64,000 nt of DNA, from assembly GCA_963804645.1 (NCBI GenBank), contig CAWDRG010000009.1, forward strand, positions 800,001 to 864,000, read 5' to 3'. A model generated the notes under the pieces. That model ran no database searches, was not told the origin of the DNA, and saw only the letters and a list, made by a program, of their open reading frames with translations. Shown in pieces: positions 10,704 through 20,481 of this stretch. The position numbers and the translations under genes are program-made. Numbering within the stretch: the first letter of the stretch is position 1; each line of letters begins with the position of its first letter. The stretch is from an uncultured Bacillota bacterium. GTDB taxonomy: Bacteria; Sysuimicrobiota; Sysuimicrobiia; Sysuimicrobiales; Segetimicrobiaceae.

Positions 10704-12266
10704 ATGAACCACCGGAGGATATCTCGACGTGAACTGGTGAGTCGTGCCGCAGCGGTCGCGGGCGCTGGGATTTTGGGGCGAGATCTCACGGCGGCTTCTG
10801 TTGCTTGGGCGGCACCGTCTTCGACGGGATCCAATGAGCTCGTCATGGGCTTGACTCCTGATCCGACATCGATCGATCCGCGGGTCGCTTACGCTACGTC
10901 GATGTTCGGTCCTGTGCAGCAGATGATGTTTCAAACCCTGGTGTTTCATGATCTCCGCGGGCAGATCACCCCGCTGCTCGCGGAGCGGTGGGAACTCGTT
11001 GATCCGACTCATTTGAAGCTTTACTTGCGCAAGGGCGTCAAGTTTCAAAATGGGGAACCCTTCAATGCCGAAGCGGTCAAGTTTACACTGGAGAGCTTCC
11101 TTGATAACAATCTCAAGTTTACGCAGAAAGCATTTCAGCAGTTTCTGCCCGCGATTGGTTCCGTGCAGGTCGTCGACGACTCGACGGCCGTGTTGGTCTT
11201 GAAGCATCCCTCCCGGTCGGCGCTGAGTAACTTGGAGATCATCGGCATGGTGCCTCCCGTGCAGGCTGCGGCAGACGGCGCGAGTTTTGGTACAAAGCAT
11301 CCGGCCGGCACCGGGCCGTATCGATTTGCGGAATACGTGCCTGGGGTGCGCTGGGTGCTCGAGCGGAATCCGTCCTATTGGGGCACCCCCGCGCGAACCG
11401 ACCACGTGACCATCCGCTTCATTCCAGACGACGCCGCACGGGTCGCCTCGCTGGAGAGCGGCGAAGTATCGATCATCGACAACGTCCCACCGGACTCGGT
11501 GGCCCGGTTGCGGGCCTCAACGAATGAGAAGATCGTGTCTTCCAACACCACGCGCATCGTGTACATCGAGACGCGGTGCGACCGCGCGCCGTTCAATGTG
11601 GCGAAGGCGCGCACGGCCGTCAACTACGCGGTCGATCGCGCGCGTATCGTCGGGGACTTGTTTCAGGGGCACGCGCAGGTGGCGCATTCTGTGTACAGCC
11701 CGCTCATTCCCGGCTATAATGGCAGCCTGCCGCAGTACGTCTACGATCCGTCGACGGCGAAACGCCTGCTTTCGGAAGCCGGGTATCCCAATGGCGTGAA
11801 GATCAAGTTTGGATACCCGACCGGGCGATATTTGAACGACAAGGCCCTAGGTGAGGTGCTCACCGCGCAGCTGAGCGGAGCCGGGTTCGATGTGGACGCG
11901 GAAACGGGCGAATGGGGCACGTATCTCGGGAATGCACTGGGAGGCAAGTACGACGCATATATCCTCGCCATCGGGACCATCACGTTGGATCCCGGCTATG
12001 CGACGACTCAGTTCGGTACAGGCGCGGCATTCAGCAAGTTTAGTGATCCAGAGATAGACGCGCTGCTACTTCAAGGAGACCAGACATTCGATCCAGGGAA
12101 AGTCGCGGCCATTTACCAGAAGATCCAGGCACTAGTGTGGGCGCGCGGGCCGTGGGCGCCGCTGTACTTTCAGCCGGAATTGGACGCCACGAGTGCGAAA
12201 GTGAGCGGGTACGCGGCGCGGCCCGATGAATACGTTATATTTTCTTCCGTGGTGGTGAACAAGTAG
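10704..12266 (+). CDS. ABC transporter substrate-binding protein, family 5 (Dpp/Nik-like), Tat signal
   Basis: N-terminal 'SRRELV' twin-arginine; 'LRKGVKFQNGEPFNAEAVKFT', 'GTGPY'. Confidence 0.92.
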   Translation: MNHRRISRRELVSRAAAVAGAGILGRDLTAASVAWAAPSSTGSNELVMGLTPDPTSIDPRVAYATSMFGPVQQMMFQTLVFHDLRGQITPLLAERWELVDPTHLKLYLRKGVKFQNGEPFNAEAVKFTLESFLDNNLKFTQKAFQQFLPAIGSVQVVDDSTAVLVLKHPSRSALSNLEIIGMVPPVQAAADGASFGTKHPAGTGPYRFAEYVPGVRWVLERNPSYWGTPARTDHVTIRFIPDDAARVASLESGEVSIIDNVPPDSVARLRASTNEKIVSSNTTRIVYIETRCDRAPFNVAKARTAVNYAVDRARIVGDLFQGHAQVAHSVYSPLIPGYNGSLPQYVYDPSTAKRLLSEAGYPNGVKIKFGYPTGRYLNDKALGEVLTAQLSGAGFDVDAETGEWGTYLGNALGGKYDAYILAIGTITLDPGYATTQFGTGAAFSKFSDPEIDALLLQGDQTFDPGKVAAIYQKIQALVWARGPWAPLYFQPELDATSAKVSGYAARPDEYVIFSSVVVNK

Positions 12267-12288
12267 CATCACCGGGCGGTCCGAGACG

Positions 12289-13209
12289 ATGAACTCTCGG
12301 TACCTCCTTGGACGCTTGTACCAGGCGTTGGTGGTCATCGCCGTCGTCATCGTCATTGCATTTGTCTTGCTCCGAGCGGCGCCCGGCGACCCCGCCTTGC
12401 TGATGCTCCCCCCGGAGGCGGGCCCGAAGTTGGTCGCGCAAGTGCGCGCCTCGATGGGCCTCGACCGGCCCCTTATTGTGCAGTTCTGGGCGTATGCCGT
12501 GCAAGTCGTCCACGGGAATCTCGGATGGTCGGAACGGTTCCACGTGCCGGTCGTGCAGGTGATCGAAGAGTTTTTCCCACGCACGTTGCAGCTGGCCGCC
12601 ACGGCCATGGTGGTGTCGAGTGTCGTGGGCATTTCGCTCGGTGTGCTGGCGGCGGTTCGCGCTCGGTCGCTCGCGGATGTTGCGGTGACGTCACTTGCCG
12701 TGATCGGGCAGTCCGTGCCCGGATTCTGGCTCGGGCTCATGTTGATCGTGGTGTTTGCAGTGGAGCTCGGCTGGCTTCCGGCGTCCGGGGGGGGCGGGCT
12801 GGGTTTGATCTTGCCGGTCGTCACATTGAGCATGTACATCATGGCGCTGATTGTCCGTGTCACACGGTCTACCATGATCGAGGTGCTTTCACAGGACTAT
12901 GTGCGCACTGCTGTCGCCAAGGGATTAGCGCCGCATCGGGTGATCGTGCGCCACGCGTTGCGCAACGGATTTTTGCTCATCTTGACCGTCTTGGGTCTGC
13001 AACTCAGCAATGTGATCGGCGGCGCTGCGATCACTGAGGCGGTGTTCGCGTGGCCAGGCTTAGGGACCGTTGTTTTTCAGGCCGTCGCATGGCGTGACTA
13101 TGCGCTGGTACAGGGGGTGATCCTTTTTTCGGCGATTAGTTTCGTGTTCATTAACCTCTCCATCGACGTGCTGTATACGGTCCTCGATCCGCGTGTCAGA
13201 TACGGGTAG
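12289..13209 (+). CDS. ABC transporter permease (DppB-like)
   Basis: 'PGDPA', 'DYVRTAVAKGL...RHALRN', 'FAWPGLG', 'DPRVRY'. Confidence 0.93.
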   Translation: MNSRYLLGRLYQALVVIAVVIVIAFVLLRAAPGDPALLMLPPEAGPKLVAQVRASMGLDRPLIVQFWAYAVQVVHGNLGWSERFHVPVVQVIEEFFPRTLQLAATAMVVSSVVGISLGVLAAVRARSLADVAVTSLAVIGQSVPGFWLGLMLIVVFAVELGWLPASGGGGLGLILPVVTLSMYIMALIVRVTRSTMIEVLSQDYVRTAVAKGLAPHRVIVRHALRNGFLLILTVLGLQLSNVIGGAAITEAVFAWPGLGTVVFQAVAWRDYALVQGVILFSAISFVFINLSIDVLYTVLDPRVRYG

Positions 13210-13303
13210 CCGATTGACCGCTATCGTGCCCGAGATGGCCGGATGCCGTGGACTCCGTATACCGACTCTCGCGCGCTGGGCAATCTGAGCGGCTGGTCGG
13301 GTC

Positions 13304-14152
13304 GTGCGGCGTTTTCGTAAGCATCCGGGCGGGGTGATCGGGTCCATCATCGTGTTGATGGCGTTGTGTCTTGCCATTGCCGGGGGACGGGTCGCTCCGA
13401 CGAACCCGAAGGCCATCGATCTTGACAACCGCCTGTTGCCGCCTCTTTCAACACGCGCGGGGACGACGCACTATCTGGGTACCGACCAGGTGGGGCGGGA
13501 TGTCCTGAGTAACGTTATCTCGGGTGCACGTGTGTCAATGACGATCGGGTTTGTATCGGTCTTGGGGGCCGGAACCGCAGGACTGGTTCTCGGTCTTCTG
13601 GGTGGGTATTTAGGAGGCAATGTCGATTGGACCGTTCGGGTTATCACCGACACCCAGATGAGCATTCCGTTTCTGTTACTCGCACTTGCGGGCGTCGCGA
13701 TCTTTGGCCATGACGTGCGCGCACTCATCGGGATTTTTATCGCGACAAGTTGGTACGTGTACACTCGTCCGGTTCGCGCGTTAGTGCTTTCCCTCAGGGA
13801 GACCGCATTCATCGAGGCCGCGCGGGCCATCGGGTGCAGCTCCGCTCGAATCCTATTGTTCCACATGTTGCCGAGCGTGTTGGGGATCGCCGCAGTTATC
13901 GGCTCCTTAGAATTGGCCCGGATCATTGTCGTCGAAGCCTCCCTGAGCTTTCTTGGAGCCGGCGTCCCCCCAAGCACACCATCATGGGGGAGTTTGATAT
14001 CCGATGGGCGTCCGTACCTTCGCGAAGCATGGTGGATTTCCGCGGCGCCCGGGGTGGCCCTGACGATTCTCACGGTAGGCGTGTATCTGATGGGTGATGC
14101 GCTACGAGATGTCTTCGATCCCACGAGCGAGCGTTGGAAGGTCCTGCGGTAG
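13304..14152 (+). CDS. ABC transporter permease (DppC-like)
   Basis: 'LGTDQVGRDVLS', EAA motif 'FIEAARAIG', 'LSFLGAG...PSWG', 'GDALRDVFDP'; exact start uncertain. Confidence 0.9.
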   Translation: MRRFRKHPGGVIGSIIVLMALCLAIAGGRVAPTNPKAIDLDNRLLPPLSTRAGTTHYLGTDQVGRDVLSNVISGARVSMTIGFVSVLGAGTAGLVLGLLGGYLGGNVDWTVRVITDTQMSIPFLLLALAGVAIFGHDVRALIGIFIATSWYVYTRPVRALVLSLRETAFIEAARAIGCSSARILLFHMLPSVLGIAAVIGSLELARIIVVEASLSFLGAGVPPSTPSWGSLISDGRPYLREAWWISAAPGVALTILTVGVYLMGDALRDVFDPTSERWKVLR

Positions 14153-14180
14153 GTGATATGGTGACAACAATCGAGCGGAG

Positions 14181-14885
14181 GTGCATCGCATGGAAGGGCC
14201 CCACAAGCTGCCCACTGCTGAACTGGAGCCAGCAAGGATCATTGGGATGTTGAGATTGGTACACACCTCGACTGTGGTAGACATCCTGGAACAGCATCAT
14301 TTCCACGGAGCGGTCGATAATCGCATTCGGCCACTGGTGCATGGTGACACCAGACTCGTGGGACGCGCACAGACCCTGAAGAAAGCCGCGTATCATCCCG
14401 AGGCGCCGCAAGCGAAGGACAGCCCCTCTCACCATTTCTTCCCGCTCTTGGACCTTGCGACGCCGGGTGACGTGATCGTGATCGACGCATCCAGTATTCC
14501 CAACGCGGCATCCTGGGGTGGCCTTCTTGGCCGTGTCGCTCGGATGCGAGGCATTGGCGGTGCCGTGATCGACGGCGCGGTCCGGGATCTTGCGGATCTT
14601 CGCGCGATCGGGTTGCCGGTCTATGCGACCAACCTCACCACACTCAGCGGTCATCATCGACTCATGAGTCTGGCCATGAACGTTGAGATTGAATGCGGCG
14701 GTGTCCCCGTGCACCCGGGCGACTACATTGTGGCTGACGAGGATGGCGTCGCGGTCGTGCCCGCCCGTATGGCTCCGTTCGTTGCAGACGCGTTGAAGGC
14801 TGAACAGAGGGAGTTGGCCATTGGGGCCTTCATTGAAGAAACCGGGGACTACGTGGAGGCGGTGAAGCGATTCGGTAGCGAGTAG
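14181..14885 (+). CDS. RraA family protein (HMG/CHA aldolase-like)
   Basis: 'PGDVIVID', 'ASWGGLL', 'VIDGAVRD', 'GGVPVHPGDYIVADEDGV'. Confidence 0.88.
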   Translation: MHRMEGPHKLPTAELEPARIIGMLRLVHTSTVVDILEQHHFHGAVDNRIRPLVHGDTRLVGRAQTLKKAAYHPEAPQAKDSPSHHFFPLLDLATPGDVIVIDASSIPNAASWGGLLGRVARMRGIGGAVIDGAVRDLADLRAIGLPVYATNLTTLSGHHRLMSLAMNVEIECGGVPVHPGDYIVADEDGVAVVPARMAPFVADALKAEQRELAIGAFIEETGDYVEAVKRFGSE

Positions 14886-15148
14886 ATGCCGATCCGGGGT
14901 CCACGACCAGGGGCCGGTGCGTGAACGGGAGGTCGCGTTTTGACCGTATGCTGCGGGCTTTCTCGCAAACGTCCAACTTCTGGGGGACGACGATGGCGGG
15001 GCCGGCATGCCAGTAATCGCCGAGATGGCGGGGATGCTTGAGGTGCGCTGGGAGCGGGTTACAGTGTCCGGCGAACCAATCTCAGTGACAATCGCGCGGC
15101 CAGCCTGATCCTTGGCCGTGCGCGTGACCTCCGGTCACGTATGATGCC

Positions 15149-16255
15149 ATGTCCTCGGTGGGTGACACGATGATGACTACCATTGCTGTGCTCGGTGGCG
15201 GCAACGGCGGGTTCGCCACCGCCGCGTATCTCGCGAGTAAGGGACATACCGTTAGCCTAAGCGAACACCCACTGTTCGAATCGACCCTGCGGGCCGTCCG
15301 CGAACAGGGCGGTGTGATGTTGCGCGGCGTCGCGGGAGACGGTCTTCAGCGCGTCGCCGTGCGCTCCCTGTCCGATGCACTTCACGATGCGGGCATGGTC
15401 ATTGTGTGTGTCCCGGCCTTCGGCATCGAGCCTTGGGCTGAAGCCCTGGCGCCCCATCTTCGTAAGGAACATCTCGTCGTGTTGAACGGCTCCGCTTGCG
15501 GAGGCGCGCTCCGGTTTGTGAGGCGGTTGCGCGCTGTGAATGAGGGTGCGCGCCCTCAAGTGGCGGAAACAGCTTCCTTGACGTTCGGGTGTCGCAAATC
15601 GGGCCCTGCAGAAATCACGGTTTTGGTCCTGGTGCAGGGCGCGTTCTTTGCCGCGTTTCCGGGGACCGCGACGCCGGAAGCCGCTGCAGCATTCGGCACC
15701 TTTTTCCCAATCACTCCATGCCGCAACGTCTTGGACACCACCCTGAACAACGGCAACCCCGTTTCACATGTGCCCGCGGTGGTGCTTAACGCCGGACGCA
15801 TTGAGCGCGCGTCGGGGGAGTTCTACTTGTATACGGAAGGCATCACGCCGGCGGTTGCCAGCGTCATGGAGGCGGTTGACCGCGAGCGCTTGGCATTGTG
15901 TCGCGCGGTCGGTGCCCCGCCGGTGACTTCGCTGGAGCGGATCGTAAAGTACGGTTACGCGAAGCCCGCGCAAGACTTCTGGTCAACCTACCACAATAGC
16001 GACGTGTATCCTGCTGTCAAGGGACCCGCGTCTCTGGACGAACGCTATCTTACCGAAGACGTGTCGTTCGGCCTCGGGGTGTGGTCGTCACTGGGGCGCG
16101 CACTGGGAGTGGCGACCCCGCACATCGACGCGCTCATTCTCCTTGCCGCGACACTCCTGGGGAAACGGCTTCCGCAGCCGCTGGGGCTCTCGGATCTGGG
16201 CCTCGAGGGCATGGACGCAGCCCGCATGATTGAGTTCGTCATGCGGGGGACGTGA
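15149..16255 (+). CDS. NAD/NADP octopine/nopaline (opine) dehydrogenase family protein
   Basis: 'IAVLGGGNGG', 'NGNPVSH...LNAGRIE', 'FYLYTEGITP', 'RYLTEDV'; start may be slightly downstream. Confidence 0.88.
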   Translation: MSSVGDTMMTTIAVLGGGNGGFATAAYLASKGHTVSLSEHPLFESTLRAVREQGGVMLRGVAGDGLQRVAVRSLSDALHDAGMVIVCVPAFGIEPWAEALAPHLRKEHLVVLNGSACGGALRFVRRLRAVNEGARPQVAETASLTFGCRKSGPAEITVLVLVQGAFFAAFPGTATPEAAAAFGTFFPITPCRNVLDTTLNNGNPVSHVPAVVLNAGRIERASGEFYLYTEGITPAVASVMEAVDRERLALCRAVGAPPVTSLERIVKYGYAKPAQDFWSTYHNSDVYPAVKGPASLDERYLTEDVSFGLGVWSSLGRALGVATPHIDALILLAATLLGKRLPQPLGLSDLGLEGMDAARMIEFVMRGT

Positions 16256-16555
16256 ACGCGGATCGGTGATCACTCGCTCCGTCCGCCCGGGATCAGATGC
16301 TCCGCGTGGACAGCGTGAAGGCATCGAGAGGGGGTGCAGTTCACAGTGGACTTTGGACCATCGCTGGGAGAGATCGTTCGGAAGCGGCCTTGAGGGCTTG
16401 GCTCGGTCGATACGGAGATCGTGGCACGTGCGGCTCGTGTGATTCCGCTCGCATGTCACATGTTCTTGGTATCGATAGTGCACGGTGGCGGGACCGAACG
16501 AACGGAGCTGAACGAGTTGGTTGGTTCTTGGCAAATTCCGGAGGGAGGGAGTCTC

Positions 16556-16978
16556 ATGGCACATGACGCACAATCGACGCGGTGCAGTGTTGAATATGTT
16601 CAGGTCACCGGGTTGGGCCGTCCGGTAGGAGAGTATTCTCCTGTGGTGAGTGTGCGGGGAGCACGGTTACTGTTTGTGGCGGGCAAGGTTGCTATCGATG
16701 AAGAGGGCAAGATCGTTGGGGTGGGCGATATCGAGGCGCAATGCCGCCAAGTAATGAAAAACCTCAAGGGCGCGCTTGAGGCGGCAGGGGCTCACCTCGA
16801 TGATGTCGTCAAGCTCACGGCTCTGCTCACCGATCGAGCGCATTCAGCAACTTGGCGCCGCGTGCGGCAGGAGTTCTTCACCAAGAATCTTCCGGCGAGC
16901 ACGGGATTCATCGTCGGGGCGTTGGCCAGCGATGAGTACATGATTGAAGTGGATGCGATTGCCGCGGTCTGCGATTAG
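16556..16978 (+). CDS. RidA/YjgF family protein
   Basis: 'YSPVV...LFVAGKV', 'DVVKLT', 'PAST', 'MIEVDAIA'; GGAGG RBS before ATG 16556. Confidence 0.88.
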   Translation: MAHDAQSTRCSVEYVQVTGLGRPVGEYSPVVSVRGARLLFVAGKVAIDEEGKIVGVGDIEAQCRQVMKNLKGALEAAGAHLDDVVKLTALLTDRAHSATWRRVRQEFFTKNLPASTGFIVGALASDEYMIEVDAIAAVCD

Positions 16979-17322
16979 TGAATAAGCGTGAATGGACGCG
17001 CGCGCATCGCCGATAGGGTTCGGGGCCGCGACTGAGGTTTCTGTGTCTGTCGGCGGGAAAAATCATCCCACGCAGAAGGCGCGCTGGCACCCGAAAGGTG
17101 TCACGGGGCCGGTCACGGCTTTGCGTTGAGGCCGTTTACGAGGGTACAAGCGGGCACACAAGTATGCGCATACCGGAATCCGACCCGGGGATCTCCCATG
17201 CCGGTCCTGCGGGAAGTCTCGACGCTCAGTGCGCGACAATCCCGCGGTTCCAGACAGGAAGTCTTGCCGCTGGTTCCACTTGCTTCGCGGAGGACTTTGC
17301 TCAGCGTTCTCCCTAAGCCTCG

Positions 17323-18370
17323 CGGGCCTTGTTGTTGCAGGTGCTGTACACGGTGCGCAGTGAGCGGCAATTGATGGAGCAACTGGATTACAACTTGCTG
17401 TTTCGCTGGTTCGTCGGGTTGAACATGGACGAGCCGGTCTGGGACCCGACGACGTTCACGAAGAACCGCCAGCGGCTGCTGGACGGCGATATCGCGCAAG
17501 CCTTCTTCACGCGCGTACTGGCCCAAGCGCGGGCACGGGACCTGCTGTCGATGGAGCACTTCACCGTCGACGCGACGCTCATGGAAGCGTGGGCGGGCCT
17601 GAAGAGCTTTCGCCCCAAGGACGACGACCCGACCGACCAGCCGCCGCCGGATGATCCCGGGAACCCGACCGTCAACTTTCACGGCCAACGCCGGAGCAAT
17701 GCCACGCACCACTCGACAACGGATCCCGAGGCGCGCTTGCAGCGCAAGGGCCACAGCCGGGAAGCGAAACTGTCCTATCTGGGCCATGTGCTGATGGAGA
17801 ATCGCCATGGCTTGGTGGTGCGGGCCCAGGCGACCGCGGCGACGGGCACGGCGGAACGGGACACGGCCGAAGAGCTGCTCGAGCAGGTGGCCGGCGAGCG
17901 CCGCGTGACGGTCGGTGCCGACAAAGGCTTCGACACGCCGGAATTCGTCCAAGCCCTGCGCGACTTGAACGTCACCCCGCACATTGCGCAGAATACCAGC
18001 AAGCGGCGCAGTGCCGTGGATCTCCGAACCACCCGGCACCCCGGGTATGAGATCAGCCAACGCATCCGCAAGCGGGTGGAAGAGATCTTTGGCTGGCTGA
18101 AGACCATCGGGCTGATGCGCAAGTTGCACCATCGCGGCACTGATCGAGTGGACTGGATGTTCGTGTTTGCCTGTGCGATCTACAACCTGGTGCGGATCCG
18201 CAACCTCCAGGCGGTACCCACTTGAGGACGCCACACCTCGGGCTGATGCCGAGGGTGTATGGAGCGCGCGGAACTCGCGCCAGCACATCCGAGGAGCTTC
18301 AGTTGGCATGATCACTCCCGAACCGAGCACGATGATTGGCCATAAACGCGTTTTTTCCGCGGCCTGCTAG
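17323..18370 (+). mobile_element. IS5 family element, 5'-truncated
   Basis: Transposase remnant followed by right end TTTTTTCCGCGGCCTG and CTAG (18351-18370), typical of this IS5 group; no matching left end found. Confidence 0.8.
17329..18225 (+). pseudogene. IS5 family transposase lacking its N-terminus
   Basis: '(RA)LLLQVLYTVRSERQLMEQLDYNLLFRWFVGL', DDE residues in 'VDATL', 'GADKGFD', 'RVEEIFGW'; in-frame TAA at 17314. Confidence 0.85.
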
Positions 18371-18425
18371 GGCGGACGCAGGGCGGTTGCAGGGACACAG
18401 CTGCTGTCCAGCGTCTCTCCGAAAT

Positions 18426-19658
18426 CTACCGTCGCGTCGGCGCTGCCGCGGGCGATCGGTCGCGATCGGCTCGCTGCTCGCGGCGCCGCACGCTCGCCCC
18501 GGACCGTAGCCTCGACTGCTGCCGGGCCGCCGTGAGTCCCGCCTCGGTATCGACCGGGTGCCCCAGGTCGCCGAGGGACCGGCCGAGCGCCTCCAGACCA
18601 GCGAGCAGCCACTCGGGTTTCGTGTAGCCGAGGTGGCCGATCCGGATCAGCTCGAACTTCGGGTGACGGGTCACGCCGCCGCCGATTACGACGTCATATG
18701 CCTCTCGGGCCCGCACCGAGACTGCCTGCGCGTTTGCGCCTTCCGGCATCAGGATGGGCGTCACCGTGTCGACGGCGTAGGCGTCATGGGGCAGCGTCCG
18801 AAGGCCCATGCCCCGCGCGGCGGCCCGGGCCATCCGCCCGAGTCGCCGGTGCCGCTCGAACACCTTGGGCAGCCCCTCGCGGACGATGAGCCCAACCGCG
18901 GCGTGAGCTCCGAACACGATGCTCACCGCGGTCGTGAACGGCGTACCCGGCAGGGTGCCGTGGATCTGCGCGCGGGCCTTGCGGAGGTCGAAGTAGTACT
19001 TCGGAAGGCTCGAACGCTCGGCCGCCTGCCACGCCCGCTCGCTGACGCTCACGAAGGCCAGTCCGGGCGGGCTCATCAGCGCCTTCTGGGACGCCGTGAC
19101 CGCGACGTCCACGCCCCAGCCGTCGGTCTCGATGGGGATCGCGCCGATCGAGCTGACCCCGTCCACCATCAGAAGGGCCGGATGGCCGCCAAGCGCCTCG
19201 CGGACGCCGCGGACGTCGTTCAGGACGCCGGTGCTGGTCTCGCTCTGCGTGACGAGGACCGCGCGGTACTCGTGTCCCGTATCCGCGCGGAGGCGCTCGC
19301 CGACCTCTGCCAGCGGCGTCGGCTGTCCCCACTCGGCCATCACCCGATCGACCCGGACTCCGTACTGCTCGGCGATCGCCGCCCACCGCTCGGCGTAGCT
19401 ACCGTTGTTGACCGACAGCACGCGATCGCCCGCGGATAGGAAGTTCACGATCGCGGCCTCGAGCCCGCCGGTGCCGGTCGCGTTCAGGGGGATGATGTCG
19501 TTCGCCGTGTCAAAAATCGTCTTGAGGCCCTGGAGGAGCTCCCGCACCATCTCGCCGAACGCCGGTCCGCGGTGGTTGACCATCTGGCGGTTCATCGCCC
19601 GCAATACTGCGGGCGGCAGCGGCGTGGGACCGGGAATCAGTAGGGTCGTACGGGTCAT
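18426..19658 (-). CDS. class V PLP aminotransferase (alanine-glyoxylate/serine-pyruvate family)
   Basis: 'LIPGPTP', 'SETSTGV', 'VDGVSS', 'ASQKALMSPPG'; GAGGAG RBS. Confidence 0.92.
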   Translation of the reverse strand: MTRTTLLIPGPTPLPPAVLRAMNRQMVNHRGPAFGEMVRELLQGLKTIFDTANDIIPLNATGTGGLEAAIVNFLSAGDRVLSVNNGSYAERWAAIAEQYGVRVDRVMAEWGQPTPLAEVGERLRADTGHEYRAVLVTQSETSTGVLNDVRGVREALGGHPALLMVDGVSSIGAIPIETDGWGVDVAVTASQKALMSPPGLAFVSVSERAWQAAERSSLPKYYFDLRKARAQIHGTLPGTPFTTAVSIVFGAHAAVGLIVREGLPKVFERHRRLGRMARAAARGMGLRTLPHDAYAVDTVTPILMPEGANAQAVSVRAREAYDVVIGGGVTRHPKFELIRIGHLGYTKPEWLLAGLEALGRSLGDLGHPVDTEAGLTAARQQSRLRSGASVRRREQRADRDRSPAAAPTRR

Positions 19659-19943
19659 CGCTCTCCTCCTCGTTGCGTGTCCGGTGACGTCCATTCTCGG
19701 TTGCCGGCACCCGCCCTCCCGTTCTGGTGTTGGCCCGCCACCGTCCGCGGGCGGTCGGCTGTCGGCGAACACCTCGTCGGCGGTTCCCATGCGCCGAAGC
19801 GGTCGGCATTAAGCCATGTGGTTCGGGTGGATGTCCGCGAAGACCTCGCCGGCGCCGCCGGCGATCCACCGCTTGTCACGGCCCCGGAAAACCCGGCGTT
19901 CCCTGTTGCGGCGCCGCTCGATCCATGACAAAGGCTCCCACTG

Positions 19944-20468
19944 CTATCCGGCTCGGTACGAACTTCGCGACGTCGGACTCCAGCAACCTGATATCAGCCT
20001 CCCTTGTCGGAACACTCGCTCGCTCGCCCACCGGTAGATGCTCTTCGGAGACACTTTCAGGATGCATCCGCGACTCGTTTCATGAGACCGGCCGCGCGGG
20101 GGACGGAGGCGGACGTAAACCCCGTCGTTCCGCACCTCCGTCGCGTACACGACGAGCCGCTTTTCCGAGGTGCCGAAGAGCGCCTCGCCGGTCCGGATGT
20201 CGAATTCCCACGCGTGCCACGGGCACCGGATGACGCACGCGTCCAGCCCATAGTCCTTGTCGCCCGGCGCGGACGGCACGATCGTGCCGCCGAAGGGGCC
20301 GAGGGCCACGGGCGCGCCTTGGTGCGGGCACATGTTGCGGATGGCGTAGAGGCCGTGGGCGGTGCGGATCACACCGATCGAGCGGCCGCCAACGTCGCGC
20401 AGCACGACGGCGTCCAGAGGAAAATCCTCAAGCGCCCCGACGCGGATCGCCTCGTCCGGACGCGTCAC
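19944..20468 (-). CDS. Rieske [2Fe-2S] ferredoxin-like protein (C-terminus reads into unrelated DNA)
   Basis: 'CPHQGAP' and 'CPWHAWEFD' Rieske motifs. Confidence 0.88.
   Translation of the reverse strand: MTRPDEAIRVGALEDFPLDAVVLRDVGGRSIGVIRTAHGLYAIRNMCPHQGAPVALGPFGGTIVPSAPGDKDYGLDACVIRCPWHAWEFDIRTGEALFGTSEKRLVVYATEVRNDGVYVRLRPPRGRSHETSRGCILKVSPKSIYRWASERVFRQGRLISGCWSPTSRSSYRAG
19950..20083 (-). pseudogene. eroded excisionase-like helix-turn-helix gene
   Basis: Across frameshifts reads 'MKRVADA/LKVSPKSIYRWASERVFRQGRL/IRLLESDVAKFV', resembling HTH_17 excisionase domains. Confidence 0.45.
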
Positions 20469-20481
20469 CCGGGCGTCCTTT

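Noticed and set aside
13214..13303. In-frame TGA at 13286 upstream of dppC as possible recoding
   Set aside because: It lies in a non-conserved N-terminal region of a permease with no selenoprotein context; a downstream GTG start or a sequence error is simpler.
15007..15108. Short ORF 'MPVIAEMAGMLEVRWERVTVSGEPISVTIARPA' resembling a hydrolase N-terminus
   Set aside because: Too short to support a homology call.
17011..17080. Possible guanidine-I (ykkC) riboswitch: TAGGGTTC...CGGCGGGAAAAA
   Set aside because: Lacks the GGTCCGAG and AGCCCGGGAG conserved elements, and has no suitable downstream gene.
17085..17135. GAAA-containing hairpin, and ACGCAAAGCC on the minus strand, suggesting a c-di-GMP-I riboswitch
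   Set aside because: The upstream GGCAAACC...GAAA helix is absent and the element order is wrong.
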